45,615 bases of DNA, from NCBI GenBank assembly GCA_023270015.1, contig JAGDXZ010000030.1, positions 1 through 45,615 of the forward strand. The letters are read 5' to 3'. Each line of letters opens with the position of its first letter. The stretch's first letter is position 1. Made by a program: the position numbers and the translations under genes. Below, piece after piece: positions 19,371-28,523 of the stretch. The notes beneath the pieces were generated by a model. It was not told where the DNA came from and made no database searches. It saw nothing but the letters and a program-made list of their open reading frames with translations. Origin of the DNA: Candidatus Micrarchaeota archaeon. Lineage in GTDB: Archaea; Micrarchaeota; Micrarchaeia; Micrarchaeales; CABMGC01.

Positions 19371-22300
19371 TCAGCCAGGCATTGTATAGTTGTTGTGTAC
19401 CCAGCTTGGCTTAGGCGTGTGCTGTGGCAAAGTACCTGTAAAGTTCTCAAGCTCATATATAACCACTGGGTATGTGCCGTTTATGTAGTTTATGCCTGTA
19501 AAGTTGCTCGGGTAAACAAGCTTGAACCCAGGAAGCTTTCCTAGATAGAAGCCACGGTAGTAGTTTGATTGGTAAAATTCAGAAGGTGCAGATACTGTGC
19601 CATTGGCGTTTGGCAGATAAAGCAGCATGAAAGATATGTATGGAATGCCTGAGATGGTTAAACTACCTTGATAAAACTGTGAAGTAGGCACAAGCACCGC
19701 GTTTGATCTAGTCCCGTTCGGATAATACAGGTATGTGTAACGCGTGAAGTTTGAAGGCACGCAGTAGGTTATGTTTGTTAGCGTATCTCCTACTAGCACT
19801 ATTCCCTTGAGCAAAGTTTCATTGCCGAGAGATTTTATTGGCGCACAGAAAGAGCTTAGAGAGGTCGTTTGCAAAGGAAGCAGCAATATTGCTGGATCGT
19901 GCTTTATTTCACATTGAGAAGTGCCTAGCACATATGGCTGGTTTGTGCCATTTGCAGCTGCCTTGGCGAATGCCATGCTGGTCTGGTTTATATGAATGCA
20001 GGCAAGAAAATCGAGCGCACCCCACTTCTGTGTAAGGGCGTTATCAAATAGAACGTATTTAGCCTGAACTGAGTCTGAGAAGTTTGCAAGATTTGCAGGG
20101 CCGTAGCCATCCTGAGGCCCGAGGACATACCTTGCCGCTGTGGCGTAGTCCAATGTCGGTACTGCGTTATCTCCTCTCAATACAGCATTGCTGTTGCCAA
20201 ACCAGTTTATCCAGTCCCCGTAATCCCACCAAGAAAGTATGCGAGGCCCATAAGGACCCACATTCTGCCTCATCCATGCAGTAGCGTTAAGCCAGTAGTT
20301 TGGAACTAGATTGCAGAACATATCGTAGCCTATTGAATTTACGTGCGGAGGAGTAGCCATTGCGGTGCAGTTGCCCCTCTCCGCGTAGCCACTAAATATG
20401 TTTACAAAGGTTGGCACCGCCTCTGCGAGCATCACCAAAACAAGGAAGATGACAAATGCTGTAAAGTATTTGTTGGAGAAATCGAGCGCTATTCCTCTTT
20501 TCTTCATTAACATAAGAACTTCGCCCACTATTATGCCAAGCATAATCGTATACGCAACTCCGAAATGAGGCAAGTACTTCACTTCTATCATTGCCGCATA
20601 TGCCAGTGGCAAAGTTGCTGCTAAGAAGAGCAGGCTTACCCTAGAATCGCGGTAGACTATTGACAGAATAGATACAATTGTGAAGAGAATTAGCACAAAC
20701 CAGACGATGGCGTTTATTCCTATTATTCCAAAGCCACCTGCTGCGAAATCATAGCCGAATCCAGTTGGCGCAAATTCTTGCACCGTCATGAAAAGAGGAG
20801 AAGAAGGTGAAGTGAAGTGCTTGCTTAACGCAAGGTAAGAAGTTAGCGCCTTGTGGACTGGCGTAGCAAAGGCAAAAACTAAGACAAGGAAGGAAAGCAG
20901 CACCAGAACGGAGTACCTGGCAAACTGCTTTTCGTACTTTCTAAGCCCTCCCTTAACATATGCTGCAACAACTCCTGCTATTCCTATAACTGAGGCGATT
21001 GAAATCGCATAGACGAGCGAAGTCCTTTTCTCCAGCTTTGGCGTCGCATACCTCACGATCAAATCAGCTATTGCAACTATTATCAAGGCGTACAGCGCAA
21101 AACCCAATGTTATCGGCACGCCAAAAATGTTTGGTATTCTTTCCTCAAGGGTAGCCCTGTATGGTTGGTAGAGTGCTAGGAAAATGGCAATTACTGCAAG
21201 CACGGTCGCATTCATTTTGTAGAAGTCTTTTGAAATCTTGCCATGCCTGATCAAATCAACAATACCTTGAAGCAGTATGTACAGAGCCAGAACACCTGCG
21301 TCAACGGTGTAGTAGTGGGCACCCAAGAAAGTTGATGCAAAGGCTATGCCAGCCAAAACAGCAAACCTAAGATCCTCGGGGTTGTTAACAGCAAGCGCAT
21401 AGGCTACATAAAAGAAGAACAAGGTAAAAATGCCCCATGGTTCTAGAAGCTGCTCTCCAGCAATAAACGTGGTCACTATGACGGGCATTGATGCTACAAG
21501 GACGCTGCCGAATATTGCTGGAATCTTGCCGTATTCATGGTATAGGAACATGAAAACTACAAACACGAGCATTGCCGCCACTATTGGCGGATAGAAGCTG
21601 CTCACATAGCTAAGCAATGCGGTGCTTACGGAAGTCGCCGATGCTTTGGCAGTATTTGCTAGTTGGTACCAAAACGCTTCTAAGTAGGGCACTATCGGCT
21701 GTATTCTGTGCGGAGAGCCAGCAGTAAGTACAGGCCATGCAGAAAAATCATGCAAATATTGATAGCCAAACACCAAAATAGACTCTGTGCTCAGCATGTC
21801 AAAGTAAGGATCGAACTCAAAGAATTTCGGCGCAATGCCTATGTTAATTATCCTCGTAAAGAAGGTGAAGAGAACAAGAACTAAAACAAAAGTCCATAGC
21901 AGAGTGTTGTTTTCCCTTGCCTTCTCCGGCTTTCCTTCTAGCAGCAGCCTTTCCTCCTTTTCATGCCTTGCGAGAAGCTCTTCCTCCTCCTTTTTGTGCA
22001 GCTCTTCTATTTTTGTCCTTTCTTCAATGCCCGCATCTTTAAGCCGTTCAAGTTCCTCCCTGTGCTTTCTTCTCAGCATTTCTTCCTCTTCCTCGTGCTC
22101 TCTGATTAGCTTCTCATCTATGCCCAGCGCCCTGATCCTGTTCCTCAATTCATAAATTGTTTCTTTCCTTTCTTCACGCAACTTGCTTTCGGGTTTAGGA
22201 AGCTTGAGCAAACCTTGCAGCCAAATAAGAGCAAGTCCCACTATTGAAAGCAAAGCTACGTTAACTTCGTACAACCCTGCTGAGAAGGTGAAAGCATGAA

Positions 22301-22484
22301 TATAATCCATGAAATAGGATTCAAACCATGTAAGAACGGGTGGGAAAATTAGACCGAAAATAAAGCCGATCATGGTTATCTCAAACAGATGCAGTTTGGT
22401 TTTTGCAAGAAGAGCGTAAGCTAGCAGAAAGCCGGGAACGATTATACTCAGGAATGCCACTGAGAACGCATAAAGAATTGACAT
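19371..22484 (-). CDS. aglB: Oligosaccharyltransferase AglB/STT3 with an N-terminal extension
   Basis: EFDPYF, TVQE, SWWDYG, DN motifs; multi-TM N-half and soluble C-terminal domain. Confidence 0.93.
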   Translation of the reverse strand: MSILYAFSVAFLSIIVPGFLLAYALLAKTKLHLFEITMIGFIFGLIFPPVLTWFESYFMDYIHAFTFSAGLYEVNVALLSIVGLALIWLQGLLKLPKPESKLREERKETIYELRNRIRALGIDEKLIREHEEEEEMLRRKHREELERLKDAGIEERTKIEELHKKEEEELLARHEKEERLLLEGKPEKARENNTLLWTFVLVLVLFTFFTRIINIGIAPKFFEFDPYFDMLSTESILVFGYQYLHDFSAWPVLTAGSPHRIQPIVPYLEAFWYQLANTAKASATSVSTALLSYVSSFYPPIVAAMLVFVVFMFLYHEYGKIPAIFGSVLVASMPVIVTTFIAGEQLLEPWGIFTLFFFYVAYALAVNNPEDLRFAVLAGIAFASTFLGAHYYTVDAGVLALYILLQGIVDLIRHGKISKDFYKMNATVLAVIAIFLALYQPYRATLEERIPNIFGVPITLGFALYALIIVAIADLIVRYATPKLEKRTSLVYAISIASVIGIAGVVAAYVKGGLRKYEKQFARYSVLVLLSFLVLVFAFATPVHKALTSYLALSKHFTSPSSPLFMTVQEFAPTGFGYDFAAGGFGIIGINAIVWFVLILFTIVSILSIVYRDSRVSLLFLAATLPLAYAAMIEVKYLPHFGVAYTIMLGIIVGEVLMLMKKRGIALDFSNKYFTAFVIFLVLVMLAEAVPTFVNIFSGYAERGNCTAMATPPHVNSIGYDMFCNLVPNYWLNATAWMRQNVGPYGPRILSWWDYGDWINWFGNSNAVLRGDNAVPTLDYATAARYVLGPQDGYGPANLANFSDSVQAKYVLFDNALTQKWGALDFLACIHINQTSMAFAKAAANGTNQPYVLGTSQCEIKHDPAILLLPLQTTSLSSFCAPIKSLGNETLLKGIVLVGDTLTNITYCVPSNFTRYTYLYYPNGTRSNAVLVPTSQFYQGSLTISGIPYISFMLLYLPNANGTVSAPSEFYQSNYYRGFYLGKLPGFKLVYPSNFTGINYINGTYPVVIYELENFTGTLPQHTPKPSWVHNNYTMPG

Positions 22485-22537
22485 AAGCTAACCTAAGTAT
22501 GTATGTTTAAAAATAAAAAGAATATAAAGATTGTTTT

Positions 22538-23629
22538 ATGGCAAAACAAAAGGTAAGCATAGTAGGGGCGGGCACGGCTGGAGCCATACTTGCCAAAAAC
22601 CTTGCCAAATTGGGAATACACGCAGTTGTTTATGATAGAAAATACAAGCCTGGAAGCCCGCAGATGGCAAGCGGAATACTCTCAATAAGAGGTCTTGAAA
22701 GTCTGAAAATAAATTACAAAAAAGCAGTAACAAACACGTTATACGGCGCTAGGGTCCATGCTGGCAAATCGATTTTAAAAATCCTTTCGGAAAAACCGCA
22801 GGCACATGTTGTAGACAGGCAAGCGCTTAATGAGATTTGCATAGAGGAAGCAAAAGAAGCAGGCGCAGAGTTTGTACTTGGTAAGCAGATAGGCTCGAAT
22901 GAGCTAAACGAGCTAAGCAGAGAGAGCATAGTCGTTGGCGCTGATGGGGCTGTGTCTACTGTTGCAAAGCATTTCGGCCTTTCTGGTAAGACCACATATA
23001 TTTTAACTTATAGGGCAGAATATGAGTGGCCGAATGAGGAAAAATCAGTAGACATATTTTTTGATAACCGCGTATCGCCAGGCTTTTTCTCATGGATAGC
23101 ACCAGTATCTAAGGATGTAATAGAGCTTGCTACAGGCATCGATGCTAGGTTCGGAAATGCCAAGTTTGCGTTTGAAAAATTTGTAAAAGCCTATGCCTTA
23201 GACATCGCTAAAAAGAAGCCAATAAGGGCATACGCAAGCATCATACCCTTGATATCCAAAAAAAGAATAGTGGATGAGAGGCGTGGGGTATTGCTAGTAG
23301 GGGATGCTGCAGGCCAAGTAAAGGCGAGTACCGGCGGAGGAGTAATACTTGGAGGAAACGCTGCAATCATCGCTGCGTGGGCAATAAAGGAAAACTTGGA
23401 AAGAAATGCACCTCTAAATAGCTATGAAAAGGCCTTCTATAAGAAATTTGGAGTTGACTTGCTACTGCATAGGCTTGTCCATCGCGTCTATTCCTCTCTT
23501 GATACGAAAGGTATGGAAATTGCGATAAACATAATGAACGCAGTAGGTATTGGAGAGTTTCTCAGCAAGCACGGAGACATGGACAGCCCGAGCCTGATTA
23601 TTAAAAGATTTTTACACATGAGCCGCTAA
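22538..23629 (+). CDS. Geranylgeranyl reductase-family FAD oxidoreductase
   Basis: GAGTAG, VGADG, PGFFSWIAP, LVGDAAGQVKASTGGG. Confidence 0.88.
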   Translation: MAKQKVSIVGAGTAGAILAKNLAKLGIHAVVYDRKYKPGSPQMASGILSIRGLESLKINYKKAVTNTLYGARVHAGKSILKILSEKPQAHVVDRQALNEICIEEAKEAGAEFVLGKQIGSNELNELSRESIVVGADGAVSTVAKHFGLSGKTTYILTYRAEYEWPNEEKSVDIFFDNRVSPGFFSWIAPVSKDVIELATGIDARFGNAKFAFEKFVKAYALDIAKKKPIRAYASIIPLISKKRIVDERRGVLLVGDAAGQVKASTGGGVILGGNAAIIAAWAIKENLERNAPLNSYEKAFYKKFGVDLLLHRLVHRVYSSLDTKGMEIAINIMNAVGIGEFLSKHGDMDSPSLIIKRFLHMSR

Positions 23630-23682
23630 AGTGCATGGGGAGATTGATTTATATTTTTAATATCTAATTACTTTCTGATAGA

Positions 23683-24363
23683 ATGGTTGCTGATGCAAAC
23701 GTCAACATAAGCTTTTTGGATGTTGCATGCCTTTTGCGCATAACTCCTGACACCACCCTTGAGAAGTTTGGAAGCCTAATAAATGCGAGTGTTTTCGACG
23801 CCGCAAATCTTGCAGGGACTCTTAAGCAGAAGGGACTTGTAGACTTTTCCTCAGGGTTCCCTGGACCTACCGCCATGCAACTTACCGACTCTGCAAAAGC
23901 GCTGATTAACGAACTTGATGCAAAGGCGGGAGAGCCCCTTGATAGCCTTGATGAAGAGATACTATTTCAGCTATCTGGAGGAAAGCGCATACCTTCAGAG
24001 TTGCAGACCGCATTAAATATAGTACCTAGAGACCTCGCCTTTAGGCTCTATAAGCTCTACAAGCAGAACTTGCTAAATTATGAGCTTAAAAATGGCAACG
24101 TGGAATTGCTACTGACGGAGCAAGGATTTCTCAGGGCGAAGGAAAAGGCAAAGGCACAGCAGACAGCACAACAAGCTCAACCTCAGGCTCAAGCGCAAGC
24201 AGAAGGCGGCTTAGGACAAGAGGTGCAGAATGAAATTGAAATTCAACAGGCACTTGGGATGAAGAAAAGCAATAGCAAGAAAGGAATCATAGGTCTTGTG
24301 ATTCTAATCGTCATCTTAATAATAGTTCTCCTTGCAGTATTGGCCGCTAAGCACATAATATAG
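23683..24363 (+). CDS. Tandem winged-helix protein with a C-terminal membrane anchor
   Basis: Two wHTH-like units (LKQKGLV...LTDSAK; LYKQNLL...LTEQG), Gln/Ala linker, single C-terminal TM helix. Confidence 0.7.
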   Translation: MVADANVNISFLDVACLLRITPDTTLEKFGSLINASVFDAANLAGTLKQKGLVDFSSGFPGPTAMQLTDSAKALINELDAKAGEPLDSLDEEILFQLSGGKRIPSELQTALNIVPRDLAFRLYKLYKQNLLNYELKNGNVELLLTEQGFLRAKEKAKAQQTAQQAQPQAQAQAEGGLGQEVQNEIEIQQALGMKKSNSKKGIIGLVILIVILIIVLLAVLAAKHII

Positions 24364-24372
24364 GTGTGATTT

Positions 24373-24984
24373 ATGCTCTTAGAATATTTCAAAGCAAAGG
24401 CGTTACTTGATAAATTTGGGATAAAGAGCGTTGACGCCAAGTATGTAAAAACGCCAGACGAGGCAATAGCCTTTGCCAACGGAGACGCGATTGTCTTGAA
24501 AGCGCTTTCTGACAAAGCCATACATAAGTCAAAGGCTGGCTTGGTGATGCTGAACTTGGATTCTGAAAAGGCTATAAGAGAAGCTTTCAGCAGGCTTTCC
24601 GAAAATGCGAAGCCCTATGCGCCTTACAAAATACTTGCACAGAAAATGAGCAGTGGCGGAGTCGAGGCAATACTGGGCGGCAACACAGATGAGCAATTTG
24701 GAAAGGTAGTTCTCATAGGGCTTGGCGGCGTATACGTAGAAGTATTCAAAGACACAGCTCTGAGGCTTTGCCCTCTTACCCGCTATGATGCAATAGAAAT
24801 GATAAATCAACTGAAAGCAAAAGACATAATTACACACAACGGCAAAGCTACAAGCATGCTAGTAAATCTGCTAATGAAATTTTCCAAACTTTTCGAAAAA
24901 AGCAACGTAAAAGAGGTAGACCTTAATCCTGTGTTTATAAGAGAAAACGACTATGAGGTCGTGGACATTAGGATGATAATATGA
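24373..24984 (+). CDS. acdB: ADP-forming acetate/acyl-CoA ligase beta subunit (ATP-grasp)
   Basis: VLKA...IHKSKAG, GLGGVYVEVFKD, EVDLNP. Confidence 0.92.
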   Translation: MLLEYFKAKALLDKFGIKSVDAKYVKTPDEAIAFANGDAIVLKALSDKAIHKSKAGLVMLNLDSEKAIREAFSRLSENAKPYAPYKILAQKMSSGGVEAILGGNTDEQFGKVVLIGLGGVYVEVFKDTALRLCPLTRYDAIEMINQLKAKDIITHNGKATSMLVNLLMKFSKLFEKSNVKEVDLNPVFIRENDYEVVDIRMII

Positions 24985-26363
24985 ACAACCTTAAGTTCAT
25001 GTTAAAGCCTAAAAGCGTAGCTATTATCGGTGCATCTAGAGTACCGGGCAAGGCAGGAAGAGTCATACTTGAAAATTACATAAACACCGGCTATTCTGGC
25101 AAGCTTTACCCTGTCAATCCTAACGCAGAGAATCTGCTTGGCTTGAAAGCATATGCACATGTTAGCGAGATAAAAGGCAACATAGACCTTGCAGTTATAG
25201 CCGTGCCCGCACCCGTAGTGCCGGAAGTACTTGAGGAATGCGGCAAAAAGAAGGTCAAAAGCGCGGTAGTGATAAGTGGCGGCTTTGCCGAAGTTGGCAA
25301 TAAAGAGCTACAGGACAAAATCGTGAAGATTGCTGAAAAGTACAATATTGCTGTGCTTGGCCCAAACTGCTTAGGAGTGCTGGATACCCGCTCAAGGGTC
25401 AATACCCTGTTCTTGCCTACGTATAAGTTGAGCGAGCCCAGAGTAGGCTACGTCAGTTTCGTCTCACAGAGCGGCGCTGTTGGCAGCACAGTACTAGATG
25501 TCATAGAGGGCGAGGGCTTTGGCCTTTCGAAATTCTTTTCATACGGCAATGCTGCTGCAATTGATGAAACAGACATACTTAACTATCTGCTAAAGGATAA
25601 AGAAACCAAAGTAGTAGTAATGTACATTGAGGGCATAAAACGCGGGGCGGAGTTCGTCAAAGTAGCAAAGAAAATATCGATGAAAAAACCAGTAATTGTA
25701 CTTAAGGCGGGAAGAACCTCGGCTGGCGCGAGCGCCGCACATTCTCATACTGCCTCGCTGGCAGGCAATTATGCTGTACAAGAGGCGATATTCAAGCAGT
25801 TTGGCTTTACAGTCGCTGAAGATTTGGAAGATCTCATCACTTATGCCAAGATATTCAGCCTTGAAGAGGAAACTGCAGGGAACAATGTTGCAGTAATAAC
25901 CAACGGCGGAGGGACTGGAGTGCTTACTGCAGACGAAATCGGGTCTTCTGGAAAGCTTAGGCTTGCAGAATTCAGCGAAGAAACGAAAGAGGCGCTAAGA
26001 AAGGCAATGCCACCTATCGTAAATATAGCAGACCCGCTTGACCTAGCTGGCGATGCTGACGCTGAAAGATTTGGCAAAGCACTTGAGCTTGTAAGCAAGG
26101 ATCCTAATGTAGACATGATCATTGCCATCGTTCTATTCCAAACGCCTGGCGCAGATTCTACAGTAGCTGCAGAAATAATAAAACAGAAAAACACCACAGA
26201 TAAGCCAGTAGTAGTAATAAGCCCTGGCTCCTCCTACACTGCAATGCAAAAAATAATGATGGAAAGCGGAGGCGTTCCTGTTTACGATTCGCCAGCTTCC
26301 GCTGTCAAGGCGCTGACTGCGCTATTGGACTACTCAAACTATAGAAAAAGAAAAACAGACTAA
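24981..26363 (+). CDS. acdA: ADP-forming acetate/acyl-CoA ligase alpha subunit
   Basis: PKSVAIIGAS, GPNCLG, SQSGA, phospho-His motif SHTASLAG. Confidence 0.95.
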   Translation: MNNLKFMLKPKSVAIIGASRVPGKAGRVILENYINTGYSGKLYPVNPNAENLLGLKAYAHVSEIKGNIDLAVIAVPAPVVPEVLEECGKKKVKSAVVISGGFAEVGNKELQDKIVKIAEKYNIAVLGPNCLGVLDTRSRVNTLFLPTYKLSEPRVGYVSFVSQSGAVGSTVLDVIEGEGFGLSKFFSYGNAAAIDETDILNYLLKDKETKVVVMYIEGIKRGAEFVKVAKKISMKKPVIVLKAGRTSAGASAAHSHTASLAGNYAVQEAIFKQFGFTVAEDLEDLITYAKIFSLEEETAGNNVAVITNGGGTGVLTADEIGSSGKLRLAEFSEETKEALRKAMPPIVNIADPLDLAGDADAERFGKALELVSKDPNVDMIIAIVLFQTPGADSTVAAEIIKQKNTTDKPVVVISPGSSYTAMQKIMMESGGVPVYDSPASAVKALTALLDYSNYRKRKTD

Positions 26364-26680
26364 TCTTCCAAGTTCTCATCAAGCCATTTCTTAAATACTT
26401 CCTTAGGCACCGCGCCAACAGACATTGCCTTTGGCACGCCATTTTCAAAAAGAAGCTCTGTAGGTATGCTCATTATGTTATATTGTATCGCAATATCTTG
26501 ATTCTCATCAGTATTGAGGGCATAGAACTTCACCCTGCCGGCATATTCTTTCTCCACTTCTCTAAGAATCGGGTCGAATATTCTGCAAGGGCCGCACCAT
26601 TCTGCCCAAAAATCAACCACTACTGGCACTTTTGACTTAAGTACCTTTTCTTCGAATTCGCTACTTTTTACTTCTTCCAC
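26360..26680 (-). CDS. trxA: Thioredoxin (GTG start at 26680)
   Basis: VDFWAEWCGPCR; GGTG SD upstream; the longer ORF-track extension overlaps the histone gene. Confidence 0.95.
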   Translation of the reverse strand: MEEVKSSEFEEKVLKSKVPVVVDFWAEWCGPCRIFDPILREVEKEYAGRVKFYALNTDENQDIAIQYNIMSIPTELLFENGVPKAMSVGAVPKEVFKKWLDENLED

Positions 26681-26797
26681 AAAAACACCAGATACGAAGT
26701 AGTTTTTAATGAGCGAATAAATAAATATCTTTTTGTGGCTATGCACTATTGCATGATGATCTATAAAGCTGAGAAGTGATGAAGATCTTGAGTGCTG

Positions 26798-27016
26798 ATG
26801 CTTATGCCAATATCTGTAGATTCCGTAAAAAAGCTCGTAAAGAAGTATACGGGCTCCAATATAACCGAAGATGGCGCAGCCGAAATTGCTAGGTTCCTCG
26901 AAAAGAAGGCTAGAGAAATAGCAAAATATGCTGTGAAAAACGCGAAGAAAGAAAAAAGGAACAAAGTAACTAAAGAAGATATCGAATCCTATATCTTCAA
27001 GAAGGAGGAATTGTAG
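26798..27016 (+). CDS. Archaeal histone-fold protein (start at 26798 or 26804)
   Basis: About 70 aa; KKLVKK...ITEDGA...REIAKYAVKNAKKEKRNKVTKEDI histone-fold pattern. Confidence 0.85.
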   Translation: MLMPISVDSVKKLVKKYTGSNITEDGAAEIARFLEKKAREIAKYAVKNAKKEKRNKVTKEDIESYIFKKEEL

Positions 27017-27562
27017 ATGGTAAAAGCCTATAGGAGTGTAGACCATAGGATAAAAACAGAGCAATATGTGATGGAAGGCATCCCCAGGTTCAGCTTGGCA
27101 GAGCCAACTAAAATAGGCACGTTGCTGACTGAGTTCAACGCTGATGGGGAGGTACTAAGGCAAGAGTACCATAGAGGCAGGGATATTGTTAAGGAATTAA
27201 GCAACTTCATAGAGAATAAGGTAGAGATTGAGGAAACCGGCAAAGAGTATGAAAAAATAAAGGTCAATGCTGTATGCGAAGCTTGCGGAGGAGAGATAGA
27301 GAGAGAATTGGACAGACAAAGACCAGAGGAAATAGAAAACGTCGGTGTTGTGCCAATATATGTGTGCAAGAAATGCGGCAGAAGATATTATAGTATGAAC
27401 GACCTTTTGCTCAAGAGGCTTATCAATGAACGCAAAGACCTATTCGAGCCAAATGAGCTTGAAGAGCTTGAACAAGACGAACGAGCTTTTCTGGCGACAT
27501 TGCAGGCAAACATAATAAGAATCTTTGCATCCAAAAGGATATTTAGGCTTAAAACGAAGTAG
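27017..27562 (+). CDS. Hypothetical protein with a CxxC...CxxC Zn ribbon
   Basis: CEACG and CKKCG; abuts the histone stop codon. Confidence 0.75.
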   Translation: MVKAYRSVDHRIKTEQYVMEGIPRFSLAEPTKIGTLLTEFNADGEVLRQEYHRGRDIVKELSNFIENKVEIEETGKEYEKIKVNAVCEACGGEIERELDRQRPEEIENVGVVPIYVCKKCGRRYYSMNDLLLKRLINERKDLFEPNELEELEQDERAFLATLQANIIRIFASKRIFRLKTK

Positions 27563-27567
27563 ATCTT

Positions 27568-27804
27568 ATGGTAAGCATATCCGAGCTTTATGGAAAACGT
27601 ATTATTTCAACATCTGGCAAGTGGCTTGGCGAAGTTGAGCATGTGATAATAGACCTTGAGGAGAAGAGGGTTTCGCATCTCCTTACTGCAAAAATAGACC
27701 AGGCAAAAACCGAAGACATGCTGAAGAAAATTTTCAAAGACAGCATAAAATACGAGAGAGTAAAAAGGGTATCAGATACGATCCTAGTAGACGAGCATGC
27801 GTAG
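27568..27804 (+). CDS. PRC-barrel domain protein
   Basis: SELYGKRIISTSGKWLGEVEHVIID...YERVKRVSDTILV. Confidence 0.88.
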   Translation: MVSISELYGKRIISTSGKWLGEVEHVIIDLEEKRVSHLLTAKIDQAKTEDMLKKIFKDSIKYERVKRVSDTILVDEHA

Positions 27805-28515
27805 TTATTTTGACTGCTTGAGCTCTATCTTTGCTTCAAAATCAGATGGCGTGTACTTGAATTCTTCGTCTGATTTTATCTGGCCTTTCGCCTTTAGGAG
27901 TTCTTTTGCAAGAAGGAAGTAGATCATTGCCAATGACTTTCTTCCTTTGTTGTTGCAAGGCACTATCAGATCTATGTTCTTTATCCAATTGTCAGTGTCC
28001 ACAAGCGCAACTACGGGTATGTTTATCTTGCTCGCCTCGCTCACTGCTTGATGCTCGTTCCTAGGGTCGCTTACCAATACCACATCTGGCTCCACATAAC
28101 CTTCTTTGTTAGGATTTGTGAATACGCCTGGCAGCACTCTACCTGTTATAAGCTTCGCCCCTGTTATCTCTGCAAACTTCTTTGCAGGGGTGAGGGCGTA
28201 GACCCTAGATGCAGTAACCACTATATTCTCAGAAGGGTATCTTGCCAGAAACTTGGCTGCTAAGGTTATCCTGTCAAGCACAGTCTTTATATCAAAAAGG
28301 TGAAGGCCGTCCTCTCTGGTTTTGAAAATAAATCTAGACATGCCTGGCGCCTTTATCATTGCGCCTATTTGCATGCCAGCTTCCAAGTACTCAGTATAAG
28401 CGTCAGCAGGTTGTTGCTCCTTCTGCTTTTTCTGCCTTTTAGGCTTTTCTGCCTTCTGCTCCTCTGCTTGGCTTGCATTCGCCACATCTTCAGCTTCTGT
28501 TCCGGCTTCTGCCAT
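27805..28515 (-). CDS. rps2: 30S ribosomal protein uS2 (start at 28515)
   Basis: YLEAGMQIG, REDGLHLFD, PGVFTNP, PCNNKG; GGTGA SD upstream; the ORF-track extension runs into the tRNA. Confidence 0.96.
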   Translation of the reverse strand: MAEAGTEAEDVANASQAEEQKAEKPKRQKKQKEQQPADAYTEYLEAGMQIGAMIKAPGMSRFIFKTREDGLHLFDIKTVLDRITLAAKFLARYPSENIVVTASRVYALTPAKKFAEITGAKLITGRVLPGVFTNPNKEGYVEPDVVLVSDPRNEHQAVSEASKINIPVVALVDTDNWIKNIDLIVPCNNKGRKSLAMIYFLLAKELLKAKGQIKSDEEFKYTPSDFEAKIELKQSK

Positions 28516-28523
28516 TAAATCAC

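Noticed and set aside
26681..27064. 234-aa thioredoxin fusion suggested by the ORF track
   Set aside because: The extension is the antisense of the histone gene; GTG 26680 with an SD gives a normal-sized thioredoxin
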